From assembly GCA_016192065.1 (NCBI GenBank), contig JACPUX010000010.1, forward strand, positions 49,728-113,727: 64,000 nt of DNA. The letters are read 5' to 3'. The DNA is from Betaproteobacteria bacterium (GTDB lineage: Bacteria; Pseudomonadota; Gammaproteobacteria; Burkholderiales; Casimicrobiaceae). The notes beneath the pieces are model-generated. The model did no database searches and was not told where the DNA came from. It saw nothing but the letters and a program-made list of their open reading frames with translations. Both the position numbers and the translations under genes were made by a program. Position 1 is the first letter of the stretch; the number at the start of each line of letters is the position of its first letter. Of the stretch, positions 1 to 10,202 are shown in pieces.

Positions 1-334
1 GGGTTGATCGCTGTACTGAGTGGCAGGCATGATTGGCAGCGGGTGCCGAAAAGGCTTTGGAGCATAGCAGACCAGCCCTGAGCACCCAAGCGACCATCGG
101 GGGCGGGAAACGCCAGGCGCGGTCCATGGCTAGGCCCTGCTGCGGGCATGCGCCGGACCTCCTGCCAGCTTCACTACGTACTCAACCATTTCAAACTCTT
201 AGATGGATCCAGGATCGGGGCAGGCCCACGAACTGATCCGCCTTCTGGCCGGCGCCCGGCGCGACTTATGCGATTGTCATAGGCCGCATTGCCCAACCAG
301 ACTGGAGTTATGACAAAACCATGAAGAAAAACAT

Positions 335-634
335 TTGCAGGCGTCCGAATTTGGACTATATTCTGCTTTCTCGCCGCAGATCTATGACATTGCCATGACT
401 CGCTACGGCTTCAACATCCGCACCCGCAGCGGCCAGAAGGTCGACAACATCTCCATTCTTGCCGCCAATCGGGAAGATGCCGAGCGGCGTTTGAAACAGA
501 TGTACTACCGCTGCGAAATCATTGAGTGTCGTTGCAAGCAGCAGGCCGAGACCTCCGGCGAGCCGTTGGACATGGAAAACATCATCACCTTGATCAGTCG
601 GCGCGCGGCCAGCGAGCCCAGCGGCACGCACTAG
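335..634 (+). CDS. hypothetical small protein (possible internal start at MTRYGF)
   Basis: 99-aa ORF with coding-like codon usage and no recognisable motif; convergent with the parA-like gene. Confidence 0.3.
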   Translation: MQASEFGLYSAFSPQIYDIAMTRYGFNIRTRSGQKVDNISILAANREDAERRLKQMYYRCEIIECRCKQQAETSGEPLDMENIITLISRRAASEPSGTH

Positions 635-712
635 CCAAGTGAACGCGGCGCGGTCATCGCCCGTGCACCCCGATTCCGCCTCCAGCGCTGCCCAGCGGCG
701 CGTCTCCCGGCC

Positions 713-1546
713 CTACGAACCGTAGAGTTCCTCCAGGAGCGCGGCGTAATCACGCGCGCCGGTGCTGCGTGGCGCATAGTCGAAAATATTCTGCTGGTAA
801 GCGGGGCTCTCCGCTAGCGACACGTTCTCTGCAATTTTGTTGATACATATTTCCCCGGCCCGGAAGTGCGCGCGCATGCGCTCTTCGATTTCGCCGCTCA
901 TGCGCCGGCGTCGGTCGTAGCGGGTCAGCAGATAGCGCCGCGGCAGCCGGCGTTTGAACACCGGCTCCAGCGCATCGAGGGTCCGTTCCACTTGCTGCGC
1001 GCCGCGCAGGGCGAGGAAATCCGCCGAGACCGGGATCAGCAGCAAGTCGCAGGCGAACACCGCATTGAGCGACAGCACGCCCAAGAGCGGACAGCAGTCG
1101 ATCAGCACCGGGTGCCCCTTCTCGCTAGGTGCTTGCAGCGCCTGGCGCAGGCGGGTGATGACCTGCATGCTCTTGCCGAGCATAGAGTCGAGCTTGGCCG
1201 TTTCCAGATGCCCGGGGATCAGCCGCATCCCGGAATCGAGATCGCGAGTGATCTCGGCAAGCGGTCTTTGCCGGGCGAAGAAGCTGAAGACGGATTCCTC
1301 GGCCAGGCGCTGTTCGCCACCGAGAATCTGGGTCAGGTGCGCCTGGGGATCGAGATCGACGGCCAACGGCCGCGCACCTCGGCACGCCAGCGCGGCCACG
1401 AGGTTGAGCGCGGTGGTGGTCTTGCCCACCCCGCCTTTTTGATTGAAGACCGCGACCACCCTCATGGCCGGTTCGATGACCGCTGCCCTTCGCGTTGATC
1501 CACCGTGATCCCCTCGGGAGACGCTGATCAGGTCAGGATTCGTCAA
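713..1546 (-). CDS. ParA/MinD-family P-loop ATPase (orphan; true start probably at MRVVAVFNQKGG near 1465)
   Basis: Deviant Walker A KGGVGKTT at the N-terminus, about 250-aa body typical of ParA/Soj; no ParB gene seen adjacent in the window. Confidence 0.8.
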   Translation of the reverse strand: MTNPDLISVSRGDHGGSTRRAAVIEPAMRVVAVFNQKGGVGKTTTALNLVAALACRGARPLAVDLDPQAHLTQILGGEQRLAEESVFSFFARQRPLAEITRDLDSGMRLIPGHLETAKLDSMLGKSMQVITRLRQALQAPSEKGHPVLIDCCPLLGVLSLNAVFACDLLLIPVSADFLALRGAQQVERTLDALEPVFKRRLPRRYLLTRYDRRRRMSGEIEERMRAHFRAGEICINKIAENVSLAESPAYQQNIFDYAPRSTGARDYAALLEELYGS

Positions 1547-1739
1547 TCCGAAAGAAAGCCGATTCCAGCAAACCCCACGAACTGGACCTCAGCCTTCGCC
1601 CCCACGACGAGCCTGTTCAGCGCTCCCCCTTGACGCCGCAACGGACCACGCCACGCCTTTCTGCGCAAGGCGACGGCTGGCGGGCCCGCTTTTGGTGAGA
1701 TAATACGCCGCCCAGACAAACCGGCAAGACTCTTTCTCC

Positions 1740-3107
1740 ATGCCACTGCCGCTCGACATCGTGATCTTGGCCGCCGGCCAGGGTAAACGAATGTACTCCA
1801 GCCTGCCCAAAGTCTTGCAGCCCCTCGCCGGGCGCCCGCTGCTGGCGCACGTTCTGGCGGCCGCCCACGCGCTCGATCCGCGCCGGGTGGTGGTGGTTCA
1901 TGGCCACGGCGGTGAACAGGTGCGCGAGCGCTTTCCCGACCCCGGACTCGCCTGGGCCCTGCAAGAACCGCAACTGGGCACCGGGCACGCCTTGCAGCAG
2001 GCTTTGCCGCTGCTGGCACCCGATGGACTCACACTGGTGCTTTATGGCGATGTGCCGCTCATTCGCCCGGAGACGCTGCGCGAACTCATCGTGCGCGCGA
2101 GCGAGTCGCCCCTGGCGCTGCTCGCTGTGGATCTCGCCAACCCCCAAGGCTACGGCCGCCTGGTGCGCGACGCTTCGGGCAAACTCTTGCGCATCGTCGA
2201 AGAAAAGGATGCCACCCCCGCCGAGCGCGGCATCCGCGAGGGCAACACCGGCATCATGGTCGCCCCCACGGCCTCATTCGCGCGTTGGCTGGCGCAGCTC
2301 GGGAACGACAATGCCCAAGGCGAGTATTACCTCACCGATGTCATCGCCCTAGCCGTGGCCGAAGGCGAAGATGTGGCCTGCGCACTTGCCGCGGATGAAG
2401 CCGAAGTGACCGGTGTCAACAGCAAGGATCAACTGGCGGACCTGGAGCGCAAGTTCCAGACGAACGCCGCCACCCGGCTGATGGCTCAGGGCGTGACCCT
2501 GCTCGACCCCGCCCGCTTCGACCTACGCGGCAGCTTGCACTGCGGGCGCGATGTGACGATCGACGTGGGTTGCGTGTTCGAAGGCGAAGTGCGACTCGCC
2601 GATGGCGTGAGCATCGGCCCTTACTCCGTGCTGCGCGACGTTACGGTGGCGGCCGGCAGCCGCATTGCGCCGTTTTCTCATCTCGATGGCGCGTTTATCG
2701 GCGAGCGTTGCATCGTCGGCCCCTATGCGAGGCTGCGGCCGGGCACGGTGCTCGCGAACGAAGCGCACATCGGCAATTTTGTCGAAGTGAAGAACAGCAG
2801 CATAGGCGAAGGCAGCAAGGCGAATCATTTGTCTTACGTCGGCGACGCCACCGTAGGCGCGCGCGTGAACATCGGCGCCGGCACCATTACCTGCAATTAC
2901 GACGGCGTGAACAAACACCGCACGGTGATCGAAGACGATGTTTTCGTCGGCTCCGACACCCAGCTCGTGGCGCCGGTAACGGTGCGCCGTGGCGCCACAC
3001 TGGGCGCAGGCACCACGCTCACCCGCGAAGCGCCGCCCGACACTCTGACCGTTTCCCGCGCCAAACAAATTGCCGTGCCCGGCTGGAAACGGCCGAAAAA
3101 AGTTTGA
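1740..3107 (+). CDS. glmU: bifunctional UDP-N-acetylglucosamine pyrophosphorylase / glucosamine-1-phosphate N-acetyltransferase
   Basis: N-terminus [14 protein letters not shown] (nucleotidyltransferase G-loop), C-terminal left-handed beta-helix hexapeptide repeats, 455 aa, immediately upstream of glmS. Confidence 0.95.
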   Translation: MPLPLDIVILAAGQGKRMYSSLPKVLQPLAGRPLLAHVLAAAHALDPRRVVVVHGHGGEQVRERFPDPGLAWALQEPQLGTGHALQQALPLLAPDGLTLVLYGDVPLIRPETLRELIVRASESPLALLAVDLANPQGYGRLVRDASGKLLRIVEEKDATPAERGIREGNTGIMVAPTASFARWLAQLGNDNAQGEYYLTDVIALAVAEGEDVACALAADEAEVTGVNSKDQLADLERKFQTNAATRLMAQGVTLLDPARFDLRGSLHCGRDVTIDVGCVFEGEVRLADGVSIGPYSVLRDVTVAAGSRIAPFSHLDGAFIGERCIVGPYARLRPGTVLANEAHIGNFVEVKNSSIGEGSKANHLSYVGDATVGARVNIGAGTITCNYDGVNKHRTVIEDDVFVGSDTQLVAPVTVRRGATLGAGTTLTREAPPDTLTVSRAKQIAVPGWKRPKKV

Positions 3108-3124
3108 CGCCTTTCGAGTGACTC

Positions 3125-3370
3125 ATGCGCCAACAACGCGTAACGCCCTCACCGCCATACTCCCTCCCCCCTTCGCGGGGGAGGGCTGGGGTGCGGGGGC
3201 ACCGGCACTCCGGCGCAAGCATTACGCCCGCGTCCCAAGCTTCCTGGCACTCCCTCCCCCTTCGCGGGGCTGGGGACCACCACAGGCTGGATGATGTCCA
3301 ACATCCCCAACTCCCTCCCCCCTCGCGGGGGCGGGGGTGGGGGCTGGGGCAGCCCGGTCGAAGCCATGCC
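3125..3370. repeat. cluster of 3 REP-like GC-rich palindromic repeats (CTCCCTCCCCC-TTCGCG-GGGGG...GGCTGGGG) in the glmU-glmS intergenic region
   Basis: Three near-identical copies at about 3160, 3250 and 3300 directly visible; each has a short C-run/G-run hairpin. Confidence 0.6.
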
Positions 3371-3439
3371 GCAGGGTATCGCATGAACCGACTCATATCA
3401 CCCTGACAGCCAGAGCCCCATAACCCTGAGGACCCATCC

Positions 3440-5254
3440 ATGTGTGGCATCGTCGGCGCAGTCGCGCAACGTAATGTGGTTCCGATTCTCCTCGAAGGCC
3501 TGCGGCGCCTCGAATACCGCGGCTACGATTCCGCCGGCCTCGCGGTGCTCGACAACGGCTTGAAGCGCCTGGTGTCCACCGGCCGCGTGGCTGAACTGGC
3601 GCGCCGCGCCAACGAAACTTATTTTCAAGGCGTGACCGGCATCGCCCACACCCGCTGGGCCACGCACGGCCGCCCCAGCGACGTGAACGCGCATCCGCAC
3701 ACCAGTGGCGAGCGCGTCGCCGTGGTGCACAACGGCATCATCGAAAACCACGAACAACTGCGCAAGAAGCTGCGCGGCCAGGGGTTCGAGTTCGTCACCG
3801 AAACCGACACCGAAGTCATCGCCCACTTGGTGCATTCTTTCTACGAAGGCGATGTCCTGCGCGCGGTGCAAAAGAGCGTTGCCGAGCTACACGGCGCTTA
3901 CGCGATTGCCGTGCTCATCGCCGACGAGCCGCATCGCCTGATCGGCGCCCGCGCCGGCAGCCCCATGGTGGTGGGCCTGGGCGTGGAAGAAAACTTTCTC
4001 GCTTCGGATGCTTCGGCCCTCACGCCCGTCACCCAGCGCGTGGTGTATCTGGAAGAAGGCGACGTGGTAGACCTCGGGCTCATGAGCTACCAGCTCTACG
4101 ACCGCCAGGGCAAAGCCGTCACACGCCCGGTGCAAACCGCCATCGGCGGCGCCGATATGGCGGAACTGGGCAATTACCGCCATTACATGCAAAAAGAAAT
4201 TTTCGAGCAACCGCGCGCCATCACCGACACGCTGCACGGGCTCGAAGCCATCACGCCGGAGTTGTTCGGCGAAGGTGCGGCGGACATTCTCGGAAACTGC
4301 AACGCGGTGAACATTCTCGCCTGCGGCACGAGTTATCACGCCGGCCTCGTCGCCCGCTATTGGATCGAAGCCTTGGCGGGCGTTCCCGCAAGCGTGGAAA
4401 TCGCCAGCGAATACCGCTATCGCGACAGCGTGCCCAACCCAAATGCGCTGGTGGTGGCCATTTCGCAGTCGGGCGAAACCGCCGACACCCTGGCCGCGGT
4501 GGAGCACGCCAAGGGCCTCGGGCACGAGAACGTGCTCGCCATTTGCAACCGCGGCGAAAGTGCGCTGGTCCGAAGAAGCCGCTTGGTCTACCTCACCCGT
4601 GCCGGCGCGGAAATCGGTGTCGCCTCCACCAAAGCCTTCACCACCCAGCTCACCGCCTTACATTTACTCACCCTTACACTGGCCAAACTGCGCGGACGCC
4701 TCGCCGCAGAAGACGAACGCAAGGCCATCGAAGGCCTGCGCCACCTGCCCGCTGCGGTGAGCCACGTGCTCGCCCTCGAAACGCAAATTTCCGCCTGGGC
4801 CGAACGCTTCGCCGAAAAACATCACGCCCTCTTCCTGGGGCGCGGCATGCACTACCCCATCGCCCTCGAAGGCGCATTGAAGCTCAAAGAAATCTCCTAC
4901 ATCCACGCCGAGGCCTACCCCGCCGGCGAATTGAAGCACGGCCCCTTGGCCCTGGTCGACGCCGACATGCCGGTGATCACCGTCGCCCCCAACGACGCAC
5001 TCTTGGAAAAACTCAAAAGCAACATGCAAGAAGTGCGCGCCCGCGGCGGCGAGCTCTACGTCTTCGCCGATGCCGGCAGCGAAATCACCGACAGCGATGG
5101 CGTGCACGTGATACAACTACCAGACAATATGGGAGCACTCTCGCCCATCGTGCATGTCGTGCCGCTACAGATGCTGGCCTATCACGCGGCGTTGCAGAAG
5201 GGGACGGATGTGGATAAACCGCGTAACCTCGCGAAATCGGTTACAGTTGAATAG
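3440..5254 (+). CDS. glmS: glutamine--fructose-6-phosphate aminotransferase
   Basis: N-terminal MCGIVGAV (Ntn amidotransferase Cys1), two SIS domains, C-terminal ...KSVTVE; 604 aa. Confidence 0.95.
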   Translation: MCGIVGAVAQRNVVPILLEGLRRLEYRGYDSAGLAVLDNGLKRLVSTGRVAELARRANETYFQGVTGIAHTRWATHGRPSDVNAHPHTSGERVAVVHNGIIENHEQLRKKLRGQGFEFVTETDTEVIAHLVHSFYEGDVLRAVQKSVAELHGAYAIAVLIADEPHRLIGARAGSPMVVGLGVEENFLASDASALTPVTQRVVYLEEGDVVDLGLMSYQLYDRQGKAVTRPVQTAIGGADMAELGNYRHYMQKEIFEQPRAITDTLHGLEAITPELFGEGAADILGNCNAVNILACGTSYHAGLVARYWIEALAGVPASVEIASEYRYRDSVPNPNALVVAISQSGETADTLAAVEHAKGLGHENVLAICNRGESALVRRSRLVYLTRAGAEIGVASTKAFTTQLTALHLLTLTLAKLRGRLAAEDERKAIEGLRHLPAAVSHVLALETQISAWAERFAEKHHALFLGRGMHYPIALEGALKLKEISYIHAEAYPAGELKHGPLALVDADMPVITVAPNDALLEKLKSNMQEVRARGGELYVFADAGSEITDSDGVHVIQLPDNMGALSPIVHVVPLQMLAYHAALQKGTDVDKPRNLAKSVTVE

Positions 5255-5303
5255 ACGCGAGCAGATTCATTTTCATCTATCGGCTTAAATGAAATGAGGT
5301 GCT

Positions 5304-5747
5304 TTGATGATGTTTGATCGTAGCGAACTCAAGCGAAGGGCTTTTCAACGCGCCGCACTCGCTCTTTTTTCGTTCTGGGAGGAACAAAGAGACACTTACC
5401 CGCGGTCCGCTGCAGTTCATTCAAGAATATTTGAGACTCTTATATATGACGAGTACATTGCGATGAACGAGAGGGGCGAGAATCGCACATATCGTGAGCA
5501 TGTGGTGCCATGCGCATATATCCGCAATTACGCATTTAAAATGTTTTGGGACAAACGAACAGTCAATGATGTCGCCGACATGATTGGCCGCTTATTGCGT
5601 ATTGTCTATATCACGCATGAGGAGGCCGATGCCCTCAACTCCAGACATCGAGACACCATGCCTAGCAATTGGAATCCAGAAACTGGTTCGATTCTGCAAA
5701 GACTGGAAGAGAAAAATATCATCGTTGTCTGTCCATTCGGCGGGTAA
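5304..5747 (+). CDS. hypothetical protein in low-GC patch directly downstream of glmS (possible HNH-like EHVVP motif)
   Basis: 147-aa ORF; local GC visibly lower than flanks; motif YREHVVPCAYI resembles an HNH xEHxxP core but lacks Zn-binding Cys pairs. Confidence 0.4.
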   Translation: MMMFDRSELKRRAFQRAALALFSFWEEQRDTYPRSAAVHSRIFETLIYDEYIAMNERGENRTYREHVVPCAYIRNYAFKMFWDKRTVNDVADMIGRLLRIVYITHEEADALNSRHRDTMPSNWNPETGSILQRLEEKNIIVVCPFGG

Positions 5748-5932
5748 CGCTGCGGCCCTATGGTAGCGCCGCGACCGGCGCGCTCGTGAGTTTCTACATT
5801 TGCCTTGAGCAAGGCGAGACCGTGGATGAACTCAACCAAGACCTTCGCGAAGTACTTGCGATGCTTCTGGAAGATGGTGAACCTGATCAGGAGTCGGAAT
5901 TTGTCGGAGTTCAAACCGTTGCCGTGGCTTAG
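5669..5932 (+). CDS. possible HicB-like antitoxin-domain protein (UPF0150-like); overlaps previous ORF in another frame
   Basis: Segment ...GALVSFYICLEQGETVDELNQDLREVLAMLLEDGE resembles the HicB N-domain consensus (...PGC.sqG.TleEal.n.reAle..le); weak. Confidence 0.25.
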   Translation: MESRNWFDSAKTGREKYHRCLSIRRVTLRPYGSAATGALVSFYICLEQGETVDELNQDLREVLAMLLEDGEPDQESEFVGVQTVAVA

Positions 5933-6079
5933 CTGCTGGGTGAGCTTCCCATTCTCAAGCCCGGTACTGTTATTTCCATACTCCTTGTACTGGGCTTTGA
6001 GGAAGTGCGGTAACGCAGATAGCTGAAGTCGACTGACGAAACAAAGACCTTCTTTGCTCGAACCTTAACAACGCTTCCA

Positions 6080-7078
6080 ATGCCCGAATCCCGCAACACA
6101 CTCCAATGCCTGCTTGAACTTTTGCAGCACATTCCGCGTCATCCGCAGAGCATTACCGTGGCGGAGTTGCGTGACGCGCTGGATCGCAACGGCTTTACGC
6201 TCACCGAGCGTTCCATACAGCGACATCTGGTTACGCTGTCGCAATCGTTCTCCATCACGGCCGAGGAGCGCGAAAAACCGTATCGTTGGTACTGGACGCC
6301 AAGCGCACAGGGTTTGACCATCCCGGCACTCTCGCGCACCGCCGCGCTCACCCTGCTGATGGCGGAAAAGCACTTGCAAGGTTTACTACCGCAACCGATG
6401 TTGAAGGAACTCGGTGCTTACTTCGAGGCGGCGCGTCGCGCCCTTGCCAGCTCGCGCGAAGGGCCGCGCCGCTGGCTCGACCGCGTGCGCATCGTGCCGC
6501 CGGCGCAACCGCTGCTTGCTCCCACCATCGCGGCAGACGTGCACGAGGCGGTCTCGAAAGCGCTTTTGGATTCGCGCCAACTCCGCATCAAGTACCAGAA
6601 GCGCGGCGAAAAAAGCGCCAAGGACTGGACGATTCATCCCTTGGCCCTCGTGCAGCGTGGCCCGATGCTCTACCTCTATTGCCGCTTGTTCGACTACCCG
6701 GACGCGCGCACGCTGGCGCTGCATCGCATCAAGTCGGCCGAGTTGCTCGATGACAAAGTCGAGGCGCCGGAGGGGTTCGATCTCGATCGGCAAATCGTGG
6801 CGGGTACCTGGGGCTTTGGGGCGGGCCAGGAAATCGCGGTTGATCTCTACTTCTACAACGAGGCAGGTGATCACCTGATGGAAACGCCGCTCGCCGCCGA
6901 TCAACAAATCACGGAGTTCGGCAACGGCGAACTGCGAGTCAAGGCGCGGGTAGCGGATACGCCGCAACTGCGCTGGTGGATTTTGAGCATCGGTGATGGC
7001 GTCGAGGTCAAGAGGCCCAAGCGCCTGCGCGGCGAAATTGCTGAAGTCGCCAAGGCCACCGCGGCGCTTTACGAATAG
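6080..7078 (+). CDS. HTH-WYL-WCX transcriptional regulator (BrxR/CapW/PafBC-like)
   Basis: N-terminal wHTH (ITVAELRDALDRNGFTLTERSIQRHL), central WYL domain (WTIHPLALVQRGPMLYLYCRLFDYPDARTLALHRI), C-terminal extension; 332 aa. Confidence 0.8.
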   Translation: MPESRNTLQCLLELLQHIPRHPQSITVAELRDALDRNGFTLTERSIQRHLVTLSQSFSITAEEREKPYRWYWTPSAQGLTIPALSRTAALTLLMAEKHLQGLLPQPMLKELGAYFEAARRALASSREGPRRWLDRVRIVPPAQPLLAPTIAADVHEAVSKALLDSRQLRIKYQKRGEKSAKDWTIHPLALVQRGPMLYLYCRLFDYPDARTLALHRIKSAELLDDKVEAPEGFDLDRQIVAGTWGFGAGQEIAVDLYFYNEAGDHLMETPLAADQQITEFGNGELRVKARVADTPQLRWWILSIGDGVEVKRPKRLRGEIAEVAKATAALYE

Positions 7079-7459
7079 AGGAATGACGCGCGGGGAAATT
7101 TACTTAGAAGCCGCCCCTTACCCGATCAGCCTCTTGCCTGCCGATTGTCCTGTATGAACTTCCTGATTGCCCTCCCGCTGTCCGCATCAACACCAAACAT
7201 CGTGCCCGTGAAGAAGAGAATGTTTTGGAGCGCACGCTCGTCCAAGCCAAAGCTCTGTAATCGTTCTGTGCGCCGTTTTTCTGCGTAGCGCGTCTTGGTA
7301 TTGATACTCAGCAGCATCGTTGTGCCTCCGAAGAAGTTGAGACATCCGATTGAAGGTGGCGTGGTTCCAGCGAGCACTCGCACAAATTTCTTGCAATCGC
7401 GGGAACTAAATTTCACCCGCTGTGCTCTATGCACGCCCACTTTCGCGCCGGATATCCGA

Positions 7460-8215
7460 ATGCCCTGGACTCTTGCCTACACCCAGCATTGCGGCAACAA
7501 CCCCGACCAGCAGGACACACTGTGGTCCGGCCTCAAGATCTATCAGCACCGTGACCTTGCGCCCTTGCAACACGCGAGCGATGCCGATGAAATCTTTGCC
7601 GCCGTGGCCGATGGCGTCGCCAATAGTCCGGCACCGCAGCGCGCGAGCCGAGCTGTGCTGGAATCGCTCGCGGCCGATATCGCCGCCGGAAGAACCTTTA
7701 ACGCGAGTCTGTTGCGCCGCGCCCACGGACGCTTGTGCGATACACTCGCGCGCGGTCGAAGCTATGGCTCTGCCACCACGCTGACCGCCGCCGCCTGCCG
7801 GGGCGATCGTTGCACCGTGGTGAGCGTTGGCGACAGCCGCGCCTATCGCGTCGCCGCCGATGGCCAATGGGAACAGATCACGCGTGACCATACCATCCTC
7901 AATCGTCTGATCGATGAAGGTGTGGCCGAGGACGGCGTGGCCTACGCCGGCTTCTACGGCATGCTCGACTCCTGCCTCACCGCCGATGATGCCGATACGG
8001 ATTTTCCCATCCATTACAGTACCACCGCCTTGCTGCCTGGCGACACGCTGCTCCTGTGCACCGACGGCGTTCACGATACGCTGGGCGAGCAGCTCGCGAA
8101 CTCGTTTGACCGCCAGGCGGGCGCCCTGGCTCAGGTCCGTCGCTGGCGCGAAGCCATTCTCGCGCGCGGCGCGCCGGACAATTTTTCGTTGGTGTTGATC
8201 GAGCGCACCGCATAG
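7460..8215 (+). CDS. PP2C-family Ser/Thr protein phosphatase (ORF extends to 7295 in frame; MPWTL start preferred)
   Basis: Motifs GNNPDQQDTL (motif 1-2 Asp), SVGDSRAYRV, LLLCTDGVHDTL, GAPDNFSLVLIE typical of PPM/PP2C (Stp/PrpC) enzymes. Confidence 0.8.
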   Translation: MPWTLAYTQHCGNNPDQQDTLWSGLKIYQHRDLAPLQHASDADEIFAAVADGVANSPAPQRASRAVLESLAADIAAGRTFNASLLRRAHGRLCDTLARGRSYGSATTLTAAACRGDRCTVVSVGDSRAYRVAADGQWEQITRDHTILNRLIDEGVAEDGVAYAGFYGMLDSCLTADDADTDFPIHYSTTALLPGDTLLLCTDGVHDTLGEQLANSFDRQAGALAQVRRWREAILARGAPDNFSLVLIERTA

Positions 8216-8237
8216 GTGTCGGGCGCCCTCGACTTTG

Positions 8238-8684
8238 TCAGGTCGACGGTAAGGCGGTGGCATCGTCTTCACCATAGCCAGACTTCATGTGTTCGCGGCA
8301 GCGCGTCATGACCGGCATTCGATCGCGCGGGCGGCGACCGGTCTGGCCCGGATGGCCGCAGATCTCGCAGAGTCGTTCGGACATCGCCGTCGCCATGCGT
8401 GCCAGGCCTTCGGTTACGTCGTCACCGCCGCGGTAGCGAATTCGCAGCGAGCCGAACTTTTCCTTGACCTGCTTCAAGACGACAGGCGGCATGTGACCGT
8501 GTTGCACTGCATGCTGCACTTCGGCGCAAAAACCATCGATAAGATCGAACCACCCATCGCCGCAGGTGGGGCCCCAGGCCATCGCGCTTTCTTCAATCGA
8601 CAAACGCCGCTCCGCAAACAACTCCGGGTAACGCTCGCACAGCAGGTCGTCCATTTCTTTCTTCATCAGCAGTTCCTCGTTCAA
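8238..8684 (-). CDS. hypothetical protein (Cys/His-rich)
   Basis: 148-aa ORF downstream of dnaB on the same strand; no recognisable domain. Confidence 0.4.
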   Translation of the reverse strand: MNEELLMKKEMDDLLCERYPELFAERRLSIEESAMAWGPTCGDGWFDLIDGFCAEVQHAVQHGHMPPVVLKQVKEKFGSLRIRYRGGDDVTEGLARMATAMSERLCEICGHPGQTGRRPRDRMPVMTRCREHMKSGYGEDDATALPST

Positions 8685-8776
8685 ATCAGCTGTTCAAACC
8701 CGCGCACCAGACCGTCCAAGGTCCAGAACGCCCTTCATCATCGTTTCTCTCGCGGCAACAAGCTACTGCGGCGAGG

Positions 8777-10132
8777 CTACACATTCTCAAACCGTGTGAA
8801 CTCGCCGACGAAAGCCAATCGAATGGTGTCGATAGGCCCGTTGCGCTGCTTGCCGATGATGATTTCGGCGAGACCTTTGTCTGCGGAATCCGGGTTGTAG
8901 ACTTCATCGCGATAGATGAACAGAATCAAGTCGGCGTCCTGCTCGATGGCACCCGATTCCCGCAGATCCGACATCACCGGTCGCTTGCTGGTGCGTTGCT
9001 CCAGGCTGCGGTTCAGTTGGGAGAGCGCCAGTACCGGAACCGAGAGCTCCTTGGCCAGTGCTTTCAACGCACGCGAGATTTCCGAGATTTCGCTGGCGCG
9101 GTTCTCCCCGGCCTGCGTTGCAGCACTCATCAATTGCAGGTAATCGACCACAATGGCACCCAACCGCCCACCATGCTGGCGCGCCAGGCGCCGCGCCCGA
9201 GAGCGCAATTCGATCGGCGTGAGGGCCGGGGTCTCGTCGATGAATAGTGGTGCTTCGTGAAGCTGGCCCACCGCCGCGGACAGGCCGGCCCAATCATCGT
9301 TGGCCAGCCGCCCAGTGCGGATTTTGCGCTGATCGAGCCGCCCCACCGAGCCGATCATGCGCATGACCAGTTGCGCCGCGCTCATTTCCATGCTGAACAC
9401 CGCCACCGGCAACTTCGACACCACTGCGATATTCTCGGCAATATTGAGAGCAAACGCAGTCTTGCCCATCGAAGGCCTGCCGGCGATGACAATCAGGTCG
9501 CCTTGCTGCAAGCCGGTGGTCACGCTATCCAGCGCAGTGAAGCCGGTGGACACACCGGTCACATCGGAGGGATCGGCTCGGGAACACAACATGTCGATGC
9601 GCTCGACTACTTGCGTGAGTAATGGCTGCATGGCCTGAAAGCCCGATTCGGTGCGCGCCCCTTTCTCCGCGATGTCGAACACTTTCTGTTCCGCGAGATC
9701 CAGCAATTCGCCGGCCGTGCGGCCTGCCGGGCTATGGGCAAACTCCGCAATCTCTGTGCCGACGCCCGCAAGACTGCGCAAAATGGCGCGCTCGCGCACG
9801 ATTTCCGCATAACGCCGGATGTTCGCCGCCGTGGGCACATTTAGCGCAAGATCACCGAGGTAGGCCAGGTTCCCGACCGCTTCCAGCTTCTTGGCCGACT
9901 CCAAGCCTTCGGCCACGGTGATCACGTCCGCCGGCTGCCCCCGGAGCAAGAGGCGCCGAATCTCCGCAAAGATCAATCGATGCGCCCTGCTGTAGAAGTC
10001 AGTTTCGTCGATCACGTCGGCGATCTTGTCGAGAGCGTCGTTGTCGATCAGAAGCCCGCCCAATACGGATTGCTCGGCTTCGGGCGAATGGGGCGGAATT
10101 CTGAGATCGCTTACGGATGGGTCGCGCTTCAT
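8777..10132 (-). CDS. dnaB: replicative DNA helicase DnaB
   Basis: N-terminal DnaB domain (PHSPEAEQSVLGGLLIDND), Walker A GRPSMGKTAFALNIAEN, full RecA-like C-domain, 451 aa. Confidence 0.9.
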   Translation of the reverse strand: MKRDPSVSDLRIPPHSPEAEQSVLGGLLIDNDALDKIADVIDETDFYSRAHRLIFAEIRRLLLRGQPADVITVAEGLESAKKLEAVGNLAYLGDLALNVPTAANIRRYAEIVRERAILRSLAGVGTEIAEFAHSPAGRTAGELLDLAEQKVFDIAEKGARTESGFQAMQPLLTQVVERIDMLCSRADPSDVTGVSTGFTALDSVTTGLQQGDLIVIAGRPSMGKTAFALNIAENIAVVSKLPVAVFSMEMSAAQLVMRMIGSVGRLDQRKIRTGRLANDDWAGLSAAVGQLHEAPLFIDETPALTPIELRSRARRLARQHGGRLGAIVVDYLQLMSAATQAGENRASEISEISRALKALAKELSVPVLALSQLNRSLEQRTSKRPVMSDLRESGAIEQDADLILFIYRDEVYNPDSADKGLAEIIIGKQRNGPIDTIRLAFVGEFTRFENV

Positions 10133-10202
10133 GGTATCCCTCTACAAGCAAAGCCTGCCGATCCGCTGGCAGGACGCAAGGATCAGCTCGGAAAGCCTTT
10201 CG

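Noticed and set aside
866-2147. Long Arg/Ala/Pro-rich ORFs on the strand opposite to parA/glmU (and similar ORFs at 18414-19328, 25706-26605, 27539-28216, 43890-44483, 44360-5217-type frames inside glmS)
   Set aside because: Typical shadow ORFs of high-GC coding regions: low-complexity composition, fully overlapping strong genes on the other strand.
3125-3370. CRISPR array
   Set aside because: Repeats are irregular GC-rich palindromes with unequal, non-unique spacers and there are no cas genes. REP-like elements are a better explanation.
5255-5400. Tn7-like or CRISPR-associated transposon insertion at attTn7 downstream of glmS
   Set aside because: No TnsA/B/C/D/E-like genes, no Tn7 end repeats and no Cas genes anywhere in the adjacent region. 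Only the position (glmS 3' flank) fits.
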